Positions 28,494-39,844 are shown, counted from the first letter of the stretch. The stretch is DNA of 64,000 nt from an uncultured Acidobacteriota bacterium (GCA_963793695.1 CAWCBB010000016.1:268603-332602); one strand, 5' to 3'. The notes: generated by a model not told the origin, from the sequence alone. Numbers and translations: made by a program.

Positions 28494-31090
28494 ATGCCCA
28501 ATTCATTCCGCAGTCGCCCGAGCCGTGGGACCGTCTTTCGAGTCCTGACGGTCGGCACGGTCGTTCTCCTCGTTCTCGTCATCGCGGTCGGCGCCTGGCT
28601 CTACATCGAGTCGATCCGCACCTTCGAGGTGCGTCGCGTTTCCCTTCCGACGCGGATCTACACCGACATCACGCCGCTCGAGGCGGGGGCGCCGCTCACG
28701 GCGGACGCGCTCAGCGAGAAGCTCGATCGGCTCGGCTACCACGAATCCAAGAGTCTCGAGGCAGCCCGGGACCTACAGAAAGGTCGGCGGCGCGTGGGAA
28801 ATCCATCTTCGCGCCTTCCGTCATCCGACGGGGGACCGGGAACCCGCGGTCGTGCGCCTGTCCGTGGACCAAGACCGCGTTGCGTCCGCCGACGTCACCG
28901 CCGGCGAGACGGCGGCGCCCGCGCTCGAACCGGAGCTGCTCGCCTCCCTCATGGGGGAGCGGCTGGAGAACCGGAGCCCCGTGAAGCTCGACGCGGTCCC
29001 GCAGCACCTCGATCGACGCGGTCGTCGTCGCGGAGGACGCGCGCTTCTTGCAGCATCCGGGAGTCGACCCGATCGGCATCTTCCGCGCGCTCTTTCGGAA
29101 CATCCGCGCCGGGGGCGACGGCCGGAGGGTGGGTCGACGCTCACCCAGCAGCTGGTGAAGAACTACTACCTGACGAACGAGAGGACGCTCCGGCGGAAGA
29201 TGATCGAGGCGTTCATGGCGGTCATCCTCGACGCCAAGTACTCGAAGAACGAGATCATCGAGGCGTACCTCAACGACATCTATCTCGGACGGAACCGGTC
29301 GATCTCGATCCTGGGAGTCGGCGAGGCGTCGCGCTTCTATTTCGGCAAGCCCGTTTCGGAGATCTCGATCGCGGAAGCCGCGCTGCTCGCGGCGATGATC
29401 CGTCGCCGAACAATTACTCGCCGTTCGTCGACGCGGCCAGGGCGAAGGCGCGGCGCGACACCGTCCTGCGCCAGATGGAGGCGCGCAAGAAGATCACGAC
29501 CGAGCTGCGCCGGCGGCGATCGCGCCGAACCGCTTCCGGAGAAGCCGTTCCGGGAGCGGAGCGGGCTCGGCTCGATTCCGTACTACGTCGATCGCGTCCT
29601 TCAGGAGATCCGGCGCGACTACGGCGTCGAAGACGCGCAGGGCCGCGGCCTCAAGATCTACACCGCGATCGATCTCGACTGGCAGGACGCCGCGACACGG
29701 GAGCTCGAGCGCGGGCCTCGCAGGCTCGAGAAGTCGAGCCGCAGGCTGCGCCGGAAAGACGATCCGCTCCAGGGGGCGATCATCGCCGTCGACGTCCAGA
29801 CCGGCGAGATCCGCGCGCTCGTCGGCGGGCGCAATTACGACCGGAGCCAGTTCAACCGCGTCCTCAGCGCGCGGCGTCAGGTCGGCTCGCTCTTCAAGCC
29901 GTTCGTCTATCTCGCCGCGTTCGAGCCGCAGCTCTCGCACCAGAACATCACGCCGGCGACGCTCGTCAACGACACGCGGTTCGTCCTCGAGCGGCGGTTC
30001 TCGAAGGACTGGTCGCCGCGCAACTACGAAGGGCGCTACCACGGCGTCGTCACGGTGCGGCAGGCGCTCGAGCAGTCGCTGAACGCCGCGTCGGTGCGCC
30101 TCGGCCTCGCGACCGGAGTCGAATCGATCATCAGGACGGCGAACGTCGCTCGGCGTCGACACGAAGCTCGAACCGAATCCCGGCGCTCATCCTCGGCGCC
30201 GTCGACGTCTCTCCGATCGAGATGGCCGAGGCGTACACGACGCTCGCGCGCCTCGGGTCGCGCATGCCCCTGCGCGCCATCCGCTACGTCACCGACGACG
30301 ACGGGGACCTCGATCTCCCAGTCCGAGATCCAGCCCGTGCAGGTCTTTCCCCCGCGCGACGTCTTCCTCACGGTCCACCTCATGGAGGGCGTGGTGAATC
30401 GTGGGACCGCCGCGCGCCTCGCGGGACCTCGGTTTCCGCAAGCCGGCCGCGGGAAAGACCGGAACGACGAACGACAAGCGGGACGCGTGGTTCATCGGGT
30501 TCACCCCCAGGACGCTGGCTCTCACCTGGGTCGGGTTCGACGACAACGAGCCGATGGGCATCTCCGGTTCCGACGGCGCGGTTCCGATCTGGGCCCGCTA
30601 CATGAACGCGATTACGGCAGACAGCGAGGGCGCCGAGTTCCCCGTTCCGGGGGGGATCGTGTTCGTCGAAACGGACGTCGCGACCGGCGGCCTGGCGACC
30701 CCCCAATGCCCGAGACGGCAGCGTGGTGCAGGAAGCCTTCAAGGCAGGGACCGAGCCGCGCATGCCGTGCCCGATTCATCAGGCACGCCCCCCGATGATG
30801 GTCGACGCGTATGGGAATCCGATCGTCGTCGGCCCGGACGGTTTGCCGCTGCCCGCGGGAGAGATGCCTGCGACCACGGACAGCGTCGTTCCCTCCGAAC
30901 CCGGGCCGCCGATCTCGACCGCCCTGCCGGATCGTCCAAAGCCCGTGCTGGGAGGGGGAGCCTTCCCTGATCGGCAAACGCCGCCGACGACGACGAATCC
31001 CCCCGTGACGTTGCCGACGCCCCTCCCGGAGGAACCGCGCGAAGAGCCGCCGCCGACCACGACAGCACGCCGACCACGACGACGCCGTAG
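28494..31090 (+). CDS. mrcB: Class A penicillin-binding protein (PBP1B-like) with a Pro/Thr-rich C-tail; several frameshifts
   Basis: TM anchor, GGSTLTQQLVKN, RK..EA, YLN.IYLG, RQVGSLFKP (SxxK), SLN, AGKTGT, AWFIGF. Confidence 0.88.
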
Positions 31091-31163
31091 GGAAGCGCTG
31101 CGCGCGCCGGGATCTTCGGTTTCGGCGGGATCGAGATTCCGGGCGGCCGCAGGCCGCCCCTAC
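31087..31163. repeat. GTAG-type REP doublet between convergent stops (PBP1B and fabF)
   Basis: GTAGGGAAGCGCTGCGCGCGCC ... GGGCGGCCGCAGGCCGCCCCTAC. Confidence 0.75.
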
Positions 31164-32410
31164 GATTCGTGCTGGCTGAACGCGAGGGTGGCGTTCGTGC
31201 CGCCGAAGCCGAAGGAGTTCGACAGGGCGTGGCGGACGTGCGCGCGCCGCGCCTGATTCGGCACGTAGTCGAGATCGCACTCCGGGTCCGGGTTCTCGTA
31301 GTTGATCGTCGGCGGGAGCGACCCGGTGTGGAGGACGAGCGCCGTGATCGCCGCCTCGAGTCCGCCGGCGGCGCCGAGGAGGTGGCCGGTCATGGACTTG
31401 GTCGAGCTGATCGCGAGCTTGCGCGCGTGCTCGCCGAAGACGCTGCTGATCGCGGCGGTCTCCGCGCGATCGCCGACCGGCGTCGACGTGCCGTGCGCGT
31501 TGATGTAGTCGATCTCGTCGGGCGCGAGCCCGGCGTCCTTGAGGGCGGCGCGCATCACGCGCTTCATGCCGTCGCCGTCTTCCGACGGCGCCGTGATGTG
31601 GTACGCGTCGGACGTCATCCCGTAGCCGGTCAGCTCGCAGTAGATGCGCGCCCCGCGCCGGATCGCGTGCTCGCGCTCCTCGAGGATGACGATGCCCGAG
31701 CCCTCGCCCATCACGAAGCCGTCGCGCTCCGCGTCCAACGGGCGGGAGGCGCGCTGCGGCTCGTCGTTGCGCGTCGAGAGCGCCTTCATCGCCGCGAACC
31801 CGCCGAGCGCGAGAGGGGTGATCACCGCCTCCGTGCCGCCGCAGATCATCGCGTCCGCGTCGCCGCGCTGGATGATCTCGAGCGAATCGCCGATCGCGTG
31901 GGCGCCCGTCGCGCACGCCGTGGCGGGCGCCGAGTTCGGCCCTTTCGCGCCGAAGCGGATGGACACCTGCCCCGCGGCGAGGTTCACGATCAGGCTCGGG
32001 ATGAAGAAGGGCGAGACGCGCCCCGGCCCGCGATCGAGCAGCTTCTTGTGCGTCTCCTCGATCGCGGGGAGCCCGCCGATCCCGGAGCCGATGACGACCC
32101 CGATCCGCTCGGGGGCGTACCCCGCTCCCGCGAGGGAGGCGTCGTCCCACGCGAGCTGCGACGCCGCGATCGCGTATTGAATGAAGGTGTCCGACTTCTT
32201 CAGCTCCTTCTTCTCGATCCACTCTTCCGGACGGAAGTCGGGGACTTCGCCGGCGATGCGGCAGTCGTAGGCGCTGACGTCGAACTTGGTGATCGGGCCG
32301 ACTCCCGACTTTCCCGCAAGAAGTCCGTCCCAGGTGACGGCGTTTCCTGTCCCCAGGGGCGAGATCATTCCGATGCCGGTGATGACGACCCTTCGTTTTT
32401 CCAAAATCAT
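31160..32410 (-). CDS. fabF: 3-oxoacyl-ACP synthase II
   Basis: RRVVITGIG, TACATG (catalytic Cys), NAHGTST, TKSMTGHLLGAAG, SNSFGFGGTN. Confidence 0.97.
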   Translation of the reverse strand: MILEKRRVVITGIGMISPLGTGNAVTWDGLLAGKSGVGPITKFDVSAYDCRIAGEVPDFRPEEWIEKKELKKSDTFIQYAIAASQLAWDDASLAGAGYAPERIGVVIGSGIGGLPAIEETHKKLLDRGPGRVSPFFIPSLIVNLAAGQVSIRFGAKGPNSAPATACATGAHAIGDSLEIIQRGDADAMICGGTEAVITPLALGGFAAMKALSTRNDEPQRASRPLDAERDGFVMGEGSGIVILEEREHAIRRGARIYCELTGYGMTSDAYHITAPSEDGDGMKRVMRAALKDAGLAPDEIDYINAHGTSTPVGDRAETAAISSVFGEHARKLAISSTKSMTGHLLGAAGGLEAAITALVLHTGSLPPTINYENPDPECDLDYVPNQARRAHVRHALSNSFGFGGTNATLAFSQHES

Positions 32411-32440
32411 CCTCTAGGCGGATTGGGAGTGGGGGGAGCA

Positions 32441-32460
32441 ATCGGGTCGGCCGACCCGAT
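32441..32460. other. Perfect 20-bp palindrome between acpP and fabF
   Basis: ATCGGGTCGG|CCGACCCGAT. Confidence 0.7.
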
Positions 32461-32484
32461 CAGGTGCGGTCGCTGCTGGATTCG

Positions 32485-32724
32485 TTATTGCGCTTTGGCG
32501 TGGCTGTCGATGTACTCGACGGCATCCTTGACGCGCTTGATCTTCTCGGCTTCCTCATCGGAAATCTCGACGCCGAACTCTTCTTCGAACGCCATGATCA
32601 ACTCGACCGTGTCGAGCGAATCGGCACCGAGGTCTTCCACGAAGGAAGCTTCAGCCGTGACTTCCTCGGCGTCGACTCCGAGCTGCTCCACGATGATCGA
32701 TTTGACTCTCTCCTCAACGGACAT
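32485..32724 (-). CDS. acpP: Acyl carrier protein
   Basis: [20 protein letters not shown]. Confidence 0.98.
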   Translation of the reverse strand: MSVEERVKSIIVEQLGVDAEEVTAEASFVEDLGADSLDTVELIMAFEEEFGVEISDEEAEKIKRVKDAVEYIDSHAKAQ

Positions 32725-32856
32725 TCCGTGACTCCTTTTCCAGTACTCAGCTGGACTCGTGAATTCGACCTTTTAGCATAAGCCCGGCGGATCGTCTATC
32801 TTAGAACCCTCGCCTCGGTTCGCAATTCCCGCACCGCCGGCGAGGGGGGAGAGGGG

Positions 32857-33564
32857 ATGGGACGAGCGTTTCTCGCGATCGTATTTCTCGTGGCCGTCGC
32901 GGCCGCCGTCTGGTTCGGGGTCCGATGGCTGGCCGGCCGGGACGATCTCGAGGCGACGATCATATTCGACAACGCGGATGAGCTCGCAGCGGGGGCGCCC
33001 GTCGTCTCCAAATCGCTCGTCATCGGCGAGGTCGCGAAAGTGACGCAGGTCCAGGCGCGAGACGCCGTCAGCGTCCGGATCGAAGCGGCGCACCGGGAGG
33101 AGTTTCTCGTCGACTCGCGCTTCTCGATCGAAGGCGAGGGCGCCGGGGCGATCCTTCGCGTCTCCTCGATGCTCGCGTTCGGACGCCCTGTCGAAGAGGG
33201 GGAGATCCTCTATGCCCGTCCCTCGCGGATCGCGCGATGGCTCGAGGCCGCGGGCGCGCCGATCGTCGGCCGCGTCCGCGAAGAAGCGGCGCGCTGGACC
33301 GGAAGGGAGGACGCGATGCGGCGGCTCGAGGAGTGGAAGCGCGAGCTGCCGTCGTGGGAACGCGCGGGCGACGGCGTCGTCGCGACCAACCTCGAGGAGA
33401 TCGGCCGCCGCGTCGACGAGCTGGAGACCAGGCTCCGGAAGTCCGGGAAGGAGCTGGACGCGCGCAAGCTGAGGCGCGACTTCGACGCCTGGGTGGCCGA
33501 GGTGAAGGCGAACTGGGACGGCGGAAAGGAACAGGAGTCCCCTCAGGCCGAAACCGTGCGGTAG
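32857..33564 (+). CDS. MlaD/MCE-family protein
   Basis: N-terminal TM, FDNADELAAGAPV...L.IGEV..V. Confidence 0.7.
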   Translation: MGRAFLAIVFLVAVAAAVWFGVRWLAGRDDLEATIIFDNADELAAGAPVVSKSLVIGEVAKVTQVQARDAVSVRIEAAHREEFLVDSRFSIEGEGAGAILRVSSMLAFGRPVEEGEILYARPSRIARWLEAAGAPIVGRVREEAARWTGREDAMRRLEEWKRELPSWERAGDGVVATNLEEIGRRVDELETRLRKSGKELDARKLRRDFDAWVAEVKANWDGGKEQESPQAETVR

Positions 33565-33578
33565 GATCTCCCCTCCCG

Positions 33579-33923
33579 ATGCCGACCCCGAAAATGATCT
33601 TCACGTACGAAGAGGCCCTCGCGAGCCTCCCCGAAGTTCAGCGAATCACCGCCGAGGCAGCCGGGAAACTCGACGAGCTGCTGGCGATCGACACCGCGGT
33701 CGAGGAAGAGGTCGAGATCCCGCCGGAGCTCGCCGCCGAGTACGAGCGGATTGTCTCCGATTGGGCCGAGCGGATTCTCGCCCTCGGCGTCGAGATCAAG
33801 GGCCTCTGGCTCGTCGACTTCGACAGCGGCGCCGGCTACTACTGCTGGCGCCATCCGGAGAAGACGCTCGAGTATTTTCACGGCTACGAGGAAGGATACC
33901 GGGGCAGGATCAAGCTGAATTGA
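33579..33923 (+). CDS. DUF2203 family protein
   Basis: FTYEEA.A.LP, LGVEIKG..LVDF, YYCW..PE..L.YFH.YEEGY.GR. Confidence 0.85.
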   Translation: MPTPKMIFTYEEALASLPEVQRITAEAAGKLDELLAIDTAVEEEVEIPPELAAEYERIVSDWAERILALGVEIKGLWLVDFDSGAGYYCWRHPEKTLEYFHGYEEGYRGRIKLN

Positions 33924-33925
33924 AA

Positions 33926-34381
33926 ATGCTCGCTCACTTCCATCGCCTCTTCGTCTTCGACCACTGGGCGAACCGGGAGATCGGCCGCGCGCTGGGCTCC
34001 GGGGGGCCCGAGGGAGCGAGCCGTCTTCTCGCGCACATCGTCGCGGCTGAATGGCTCTGGCTCCGGCGGCTCGGACGCCCCGGCCGCGAGCTCCCCGTCT
34101 GGCCGGACTTCAGCGCCGCCGAATGCACCGACGAGCTCGAGCCCCTTCGCGAGGAGTGGGGGCGGCTCCTGGCGGAAGGGGATGGCGTTCTGGCTGGGAC
34201 GATCTCCTACACGAACACGAAAGGCGAGCCGTGGACGAGCCCCGTCGCCGACGTGCTCACGCACGTGTTCGCCCACGGGGTGCATCACCGCGCACAGATT
34301 GCGACGCTGTTCCGGGCCGCGGGGGTCACGCCTCCGTACGTGGACTTCATCGAAGCCTCGCGGAGGGGCTTTCTCGACTGA
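33926..34381 (+). CDS. DinB/YfiT family protein
   Basis: FDHWAN, L.HI..AE..WL.R, HV..HG.HHRAQI. Confidence 0.88.
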   Translation: MLAHFHRLFVFDHWANREIGRALGSGGPEGASRLLAHIVAAEWLWLRRLGRPGRELPVWPDFSAAECTDELEPLREEWGRLLAEGDGVLAGTISYTNTKGEPWTSPVADVLTHVFAHGVHHRAQIATLFRAAGVTPPYVDFIEASRRGFLD

Positions 34382-34434
34382 TCGGCTCGTATGAGCTTCG
34401 TCATGGCACCGCGCGAGGCCGCGCGGTACGTTCC

Positions 34435-35274
34435 ATGGTGGTGAGCACGATCTTCGCCCCCGAGCGGCGCTCGCGGCTCGCCGCGATCTTCCCGCCGAAC
34501 GTCTCGATCCGGAAGCTCGTGATGCCCGTCGAGCACGGCGGATGGGGGATCCTTCTCGAGCCGATCGTCCTGGGGCTCGTCGCCGCGCCGTCCCGCGGCG
34601 GCTTTCTCGTTGCGCTCGCGGCCGTGGCGGCGTTCTTCGCCCGCCAGCCGCTCAAGATCGCGCTCGTGGATCGGACGCGCGGGAAGAGCTACCCGCGAAC
34701 GCGCGTGGCTCTGGCGACGGCGCTTCTCATCGCGCTCGCGGGCGCCGCCGCGTTCGCCCTCGCCGTCGCGGTGGCCGGGTGGGCGCTCGCGATTCCCCTC
34801 GCCGTCGCGGCCCCCCTCGCCCTCGTTCAGATCGTCTACGACGCGCGCAATGACAGTCGGAGGCTCCTGCCCGAGCTCTCGGGAGCGATCGCGATGAGCG
34901 GCGTGGTCGCGAGCATCGCGCTCGCGGACGGCGCTGCGCTCGCGGCCGCCGCGGCGCTCTGGGCGGTCATGCTCGGCCGCGCGATTCCCGCGATCCTCTA
35001 CATCCGCGCGCGCGTTCTCGGCGAGAGGACCGGAGCGGCGTTCGGCCCGTGGCCGGTCGCCTCCCACCTCGTCGCGCTCGGCGGCGGGATCGCCCTCTAC
35101 GCATCCGGGATCGCTCCTCTCGTGGTCCCGATCGCCTTCGCGGTTCTGCTCGCGCGCTGCGCGGTCGGCGTCTCCCCCTTGCGGAAGGCCGCGTCCGCGC
35201 GCCGCGTCGGCTTCACCGAGATCGGGTACGGGACAGCGACCATCCTCGCGATCGCGATCGCGCACGCGGCGTAA
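34435..35274 (+). CDS. YwiC-like membrane protein
   Basis: PVEHGGWG, RQPL, C-terminal G..EIGY; very hydrophobic; start uncertain. Confidence 0.72.
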   Translation: MVVSTIFAPERRSRLAAIFPPNVSIRKLVMPVEHGGWGILLEPIVLGLVAAPSRGGFLVALAAVAAFFARQPLKIALVDRTRGKSYPRTRVALATALLIALAGAAAFALAVAVAGWALAIPLAVAAPLALVQIVYDARNDSRRLLPELSGAIAMSGVVASIALADGAALAAAAALWAVMLGRAIPAILYIRARVLGERTGAAFGPWPVASHLVALGGGIALYASGIAPLVVPIAFAVLLARCAVGVSPLRKAASARRVGFTEIGYGTATILAIAIAHAA

Positions 35275-35437
35275 CCGTTCTCCGCTCTCCGTTTGCCGTT
35301 CTCCGTTCTCCCGTTCGCTTCGCCTTCTCACGGTCCCATGTACATGCTGGACGAATAGCGGTTTCTCGGCAAGGGAACGGCGGCCAGAACGGAGAACGGA
35401 GAACGGACGAACGGACAACGGAGAACGCTGCGCGCCG
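35275..35437. repeat. Inverted heptamer arrays (GTTCTCC)n...(GGAGAAC)n around a non-coding core of about 60 nt between convergent stops
   Basis: ccgttctccgctctccgtttgccgttctccgttctcc ... cagaacggagaacggagaacggacgaacggacaacggagaacg; same unit as 7430-8112. Confidence 0.85.
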
Positions 35438-36689
35438 CTACTCGTATCGCACGGCTTCGGCGGGGGAGATCCGTGCGGCGCGGGCCGAGGGAAGGAGCGT
35501 CGAGAGGAACGAGACGCCGACGGCGAAGAGTCCGACGATCAGGACGTCGCGCCACCGCGTCACGAACGGAATCGACGAGACGAAATAGACCTCGGCGATC
35601 TCCGGTCCGAACGAGACCAGCTCGTAGCGGGTGATCACCCAGTTCGTCACGACGCCGAGGAGGATGCCCAGCGCCGGTGCCGAAAAGGCCGACGAGCGTG
35701 CCGTAGTAGACGAAGATGCGGCGGATGAGCCCGCGGTCGCTCCCCATCGAGAGGAGGATGCCGATCTCCTTCCGCTTCTCGTGAACCGTCATGATGAGCG
35801 TGGACACGATGTTGAACGTCGAGACGAAGACGATCAGGCCGATGACGATGAAGAGGACGAGCTGCTGGATTTTCAGGAGACGGAAGAGCTGCTCGTTCAT
35901 CTCGCGCCAGTCGGTGACGGCGAATTCGCTGCCGGCCTTCCGGCGGATGAGCGACACCATCTCGGCAATGCGATCGGGGGTGTCGATCTTGATCTCGATC
36001 AGGTTCGATTTCCCCTCGGTCTGAAGGAGCTCCTGGGCCGCCGGGAGCGACATGAAGACCCAGCGGGAGTCGAACTCGAAAAAGCCGGTGTCGAAAACGT
36101 TCGTCACCACGAACGAGGACGAGCGCGGGAGCAGAGTCCCCTCTTCCTGAGAGGGGACGGTGAGGATCACCGGCGAACCGACCGAAACCTGCAGCTTCTT
36201 CGCGAGCCAGCTGCCGACGGCCACGCCGGCGGCGCCGTCGCCCGTCGCGAACGCCGCCTTCCCCGCGATCTTCGCGATCATCGCCGACTCGCGCGCTCGA
36301 GTCGGCTCGATCCCCTTGAGCATGATCTGCTCGCCGGTCGCGTGGAGCTCCGAGGTGATGAGCGCCTGCTGGAAGACGACCGGGGACGCGTCGACGACGC
36401 CGGGGATCCGCCCGAGCTCCGCCGCGAGCTCCGGCGTGTCGCGGATGCTCCCGCCGAGCGAGTAGACGAAGATCTCCGCGTTTCCTCCGAGGAGCTTCTC
36501 CTGGAGGTCTTCGCGGTATCCGGTCATGAGCGCCATCGAGATGACGAGGGCCATGACGCCGATGACGAGGCCGAGGACCGATACGAGGCCGACGGCCGAT
36601 ATGAGCCTGTCGGCGGGGCGCTTGAGGTAGCGCCAGGCGATTTCGAGCGGCAGATTCACGATGCGGCCGGTCCCGGGCGACGCGCTCAT
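35438..36689 (-). CDS. LolC/E (FtsX-like) ABC transporter permease; frameshift near 35685
   Basis: IAWRYL, LVISMALMTGY, VSTFNIVSTLIMTV.EK.KEIGIL.SMG, PSARAARISPAEAVRYE. Confidence 0.9.
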
Positions 36690-37783
36690 CCCTGGCGCCC
36701 GGACCGCTCCTCGATCATCCGGAGAAACTCGGAGAACACGTGAAACGAGTCGTGCGGCCCCGGCGCTGCTTCCGGATGATACTGCACGGCGATCAGCGGG
36801 TCCTTCCGGGAGCGGAAGCCTTCGACGGTCCCATCGTTGAGGTTCACGTGCGTGAACTCGATGTCCGAGGAGGGAAGGGTGTCGCCGTCGACGGAGAAGC
36901 CGTGGTTCTGGGCGGTGATCTCGACCTTGCCGCTGTCGATCTCCCGGACCGGATGGTTCCCGCCGTGGTGGCCGAACTTCAGCTTGTAGGTCCTGCCTCC
37001 CAGAGCGATGCCGAGGAGCTGATGCCCCAGACAGATCCCGAGGATCGGGGTGCGGCCGATCAGCTGGCGGATGTTTTCCTGCGCGTAGGTGACCGGCTCC
37101 GGATCCCCGGGACCATTCGAGAGAAGCACCCCGTCGAATTTCTTCGAGAGGAGGTCGGACGCGGGCGTCTTCGCGGGGAAGACGGTCACCTCGCATCCTT
37201 CGATCTGGAGGCGGCGGAGAATGTCGCGCTTGACGCCGAAATCGTAGACGGCGATCCGCCGCCGGGCGTTCCCTTCGGCGGGAATCGAATAGGGCTCCGA
37301 GGTCGTGACTTTCTGGACGAGATCCAGGCCGGCCATCGAGGGCGCCGCCTTGATCTCGCGGACGATCTCGTCGAGGGGGCGATCGTCGGTGGTGATCATG
37401 CCCATCATCGAGCCGTGCATGCGGAGCTTCCGCGTCACGGCGCGCGTGTCGATCCCGCGGATCGCCGGGACTCCGTGGCGGCCGAGATACTCGCCGAGCC
37501 CGACCGGCGCATCGGGATGGCTGACCGGAGCCGTCAGCTCGCGCACCGCGAAGCCCGCCACCTGAGGGCGTGCGCTCTGCTCGGCGAGCGCTTCCACGCC
37601 GTAGTTCCCCATGTGGGGATACGTCATGACTACGATCTGGAACCGGTACGAGGGATCGGTCGCGATCTCCTGGTATCCCGTCATCGACGTGTTGAAGACG
37701 ACTTCCCCGATCGCGGGACTGGACGAGCCGAACGACTCCCCTTCGAACAGGGAGCCGTCTTCGAGAATGAGGCGGGCGATCAT
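36686..37783 (-). CDS. carA: Carbamoyl-phosphate synthase small subunit
   Basis: LILEDG, GEVVFNTSMTGYQE..TDPSY, SNGPGDP, GICLGHQ, QNHG, QYHPEAAPGPHD. Confidence 0.97.
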   Translation of the reverse strand: MIARLILEDGSLFEGESFGSSSPAIGEVVFNTSMTGYQEIATDPSYRFQIVVMTYPHMGNYGVEALAEQSARPQVAGFAVRELTAPVSHPDAPVGLGEYLGRHGVPAIRGIDTRAVTRKLRMHGSMMGMITTDDRPLDEIVREIKAAPSMAGLDLVQKVTTSEPYSIPAEGNARRRIAVYDFGVKRDILRRLQIEGCEVTVFPAKTPASDLLSKKFDGVLLSNGPGDPEPVTYAQENIRQLIGRTPILGICLGHQLLGIALGGRTYKLKFGHHGGNHPVREIDSGKVEITAQNHGFSVDGDTLPSSDIEFTHVNLNDGTVEGFRSRKDPLIAVQYHPEAAPGPHDSFHVFSEFLRMIEERSGRQG

Positions 37784-37793
37784 GGCGGTCGCG

Positions 37794-37799
37794 ATTATA
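37794..37799 (-). promoter_or_regulatory. Consensus -10 box TATAAT 10 nt upstream of the carA ATG
   Basis: Minus strand cTATAATcgcgaccgccATG, no SD. Confidence 0.55.
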
Positions 37800-37818
37800 G
37801 AGGCACTCGGAGGCACTC

Positions 37819-38205
37819 TCACCGTTCCCCTTCCCTCCGCCGGTTCACCTCGTCGAACTCCTCCCCGCGTGGGCGCGCGCTGTGAGCCCCGGGGGTCGCG
37901 TGGCCCGGGTGATGGTGGTGAAAGGGAGCGTGCTCGTGGACCCACACGGTGACATCCAGGTTCGCCAGCTCATCGTCGATCCGGCCGAAGCCGAGTCGCC
38001 GCAGCCATCCGACGAAGCGGGGAAGGCGCCGCTCGAGCTTCTGGAGACCTTTTTCGGCCCGCGGATGGTTCGGGAAGAACATGAGCGCGGCGAGCAGGAA
38101 GAAGATCCATCCCTGGAGGACGGGAAGAAGAGCGCCCACGACGCCGAGCGCCAGAAAGACGACGCCCGCCACGAATCGGGCGGTTGTCTTGAAATGTCTC
38201 TTCAT
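37819..38205 (-). CDS. Small membrane protein (PGPGW/DUF454-like) with His-rich tail
   Basis: ALGVVGALLPVLQGWIFF; HHHHPGH. Confidence 0.6.
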   Translation of the reverse strand: MKRHFKTTARFVAGVVFLALGVVGALLPVLQGWIFFLLAALMFFPNHPRAEKGLQKLERRLPRFVGWLRRLGFGRIDDELANLDVTVWVHEHAPFHHHHPGHATPGAHSARPRGEEFDEVNRRREGER

Positions 38206-38208
38206 CCC

Positions 38209-39844
38209 TCAGAAAACCTGGTCCCGATGCGCGCCGAAAGTGTCCTTCAAGGTGCCGGTGATCTCTCCCACGGTGGCGTCGTTCCGGATGGCGTCGAGGA
38301 TGGGACTGAGCAAATTGCGGTCCGCTTTCGCGGCGGCGTCGAGCCGCGCGAGCGCTTCGCGATGCCCCCGCCGGCCTGCCGCGTCCGCTTCGCGGCGCCG
38401 GCGGAACTCCCCGAGCCGCCCGAGCTGGTCCCGTTCGACGGATTCGTCGATGACCAGGAGCGGGAGCGGGACGCCCGACTCCTCCACGAAGCGATTCACC
38501 CCGACGACGACGGAGCTCCCGTCCTCGAGGCTCCTCTGCGCCTTGTACGCGGAATCGCCGATCTCGTTCTGAATCCAGCCGCGCTCGATGGCGGCGAGCG
38601 CGCCTCCCATGGCGTCGATCGTCTCGATCAGCTCCGCGCGCGCGCCGCTCGATCTCGAGGGTGAGGGCCTCGACCGCGTACGATCCGGCGAGCGGGTCGG
38701 CGCTGTCGGCCACGCCCGTCTCGTGCGCGAGGATCTGCTGGGTGCGCAGCGCGATGTTCACCGACTCTTCGGTGGGGAGGGCGAGCGCCTCGTCGCGCGA
38801 GTTCGTGTGGAGGGACTGGCATCCGCCGAGGACCGCGGCCATCGCCTGGTAGGCGACGCGCACGACGTTGTTCTCCGGCTGCTGGGCGGTGAGCGTCGAC
38901 CCGGCCGTCTGCGCGTGGAAGCGGAGCGCGAGCGAGCGCGGGTCCTTCGCGCCGAAGCGCTCCGCCATCAGGCGCGCCCAGAGCTTCCGGGCGGCGCGGA
39001 ACTTCGCGACTTCCTCCAGAAAGTCGTTGTGCGCGTTGAAGAAGAACGAGAGGCGCGGCGCGAATCGGTCGACCTCGAGCCCGCGGGCGACCGCGTGCTT
39101 CACGTATTCGATCCCGTTCGCGAGCGTGAACGCGACTTCCTGGACGGCCGTCGATCCCGCCTCGCGGATGTGGTAGCCGGAGATCGAGATCGTGTTCCAC
39201 CGCGGCACGCTGCTGCGCGCAGAACTCGAACACGTCCGTGACGAGCCGCAGCGGACGGCTTCGGCGGAAAGATGTACGTGCCGCGCGCCGCGTACTCCTT
39301 GAGGATGTCGTTCTGAATCGTGCCGCTGAGCGACTCCCACGGAATCCCGCGGCGCTCGGCCACGACGAGCACGAAGCCCGAGAAGGATCGCCGCCGGAGC
39401 GTTGATCGTCATCGAGATCGAGACCTTCTCGAGCGGGATGCCTCGTCGAGGAGCGTCTCCATGTCCTCGATCGAGTCGATCGCGACGCCGACCTTGCCGA
39501 CCTCGCCGCGGGCGAGAGGATCGTCGGAGTCCATGCCGATCTGCGTCGGGAGGTCGAACGCCACCGACAGGCCGGTCGGTGCCGCGCTCGAGAAGATATC
39601 GGTACCGACGGTTCGACTCGGTCGCCGTCGAGTAGCCGGCGTACTGGCGCATCGTCCAGAGCTTCCCCCGGTACATGTTCGCCTGCGGCCCCCGCGTGAA
39701 GGGAAACTCGCCCGGGGTCCCGAGGTCCCGCTCGGGAGCGAACCCGCGGATCTCGAGGTCCCGTGCCGTCCACGCCGGAGGGATCGCGATGCCGGAGCTC
39801 GTCAGGCGGGAAGATTCGGCGGGCGCGTCCTTGGAAATTTTCAT
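38209..39844 (-). CDS. Methylmalonyl-CoA mutase family, substrate-binding subunit without B12 domain; frameshifted
   Basis: [57 protein letters not shown]. Confidence 0.93.
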
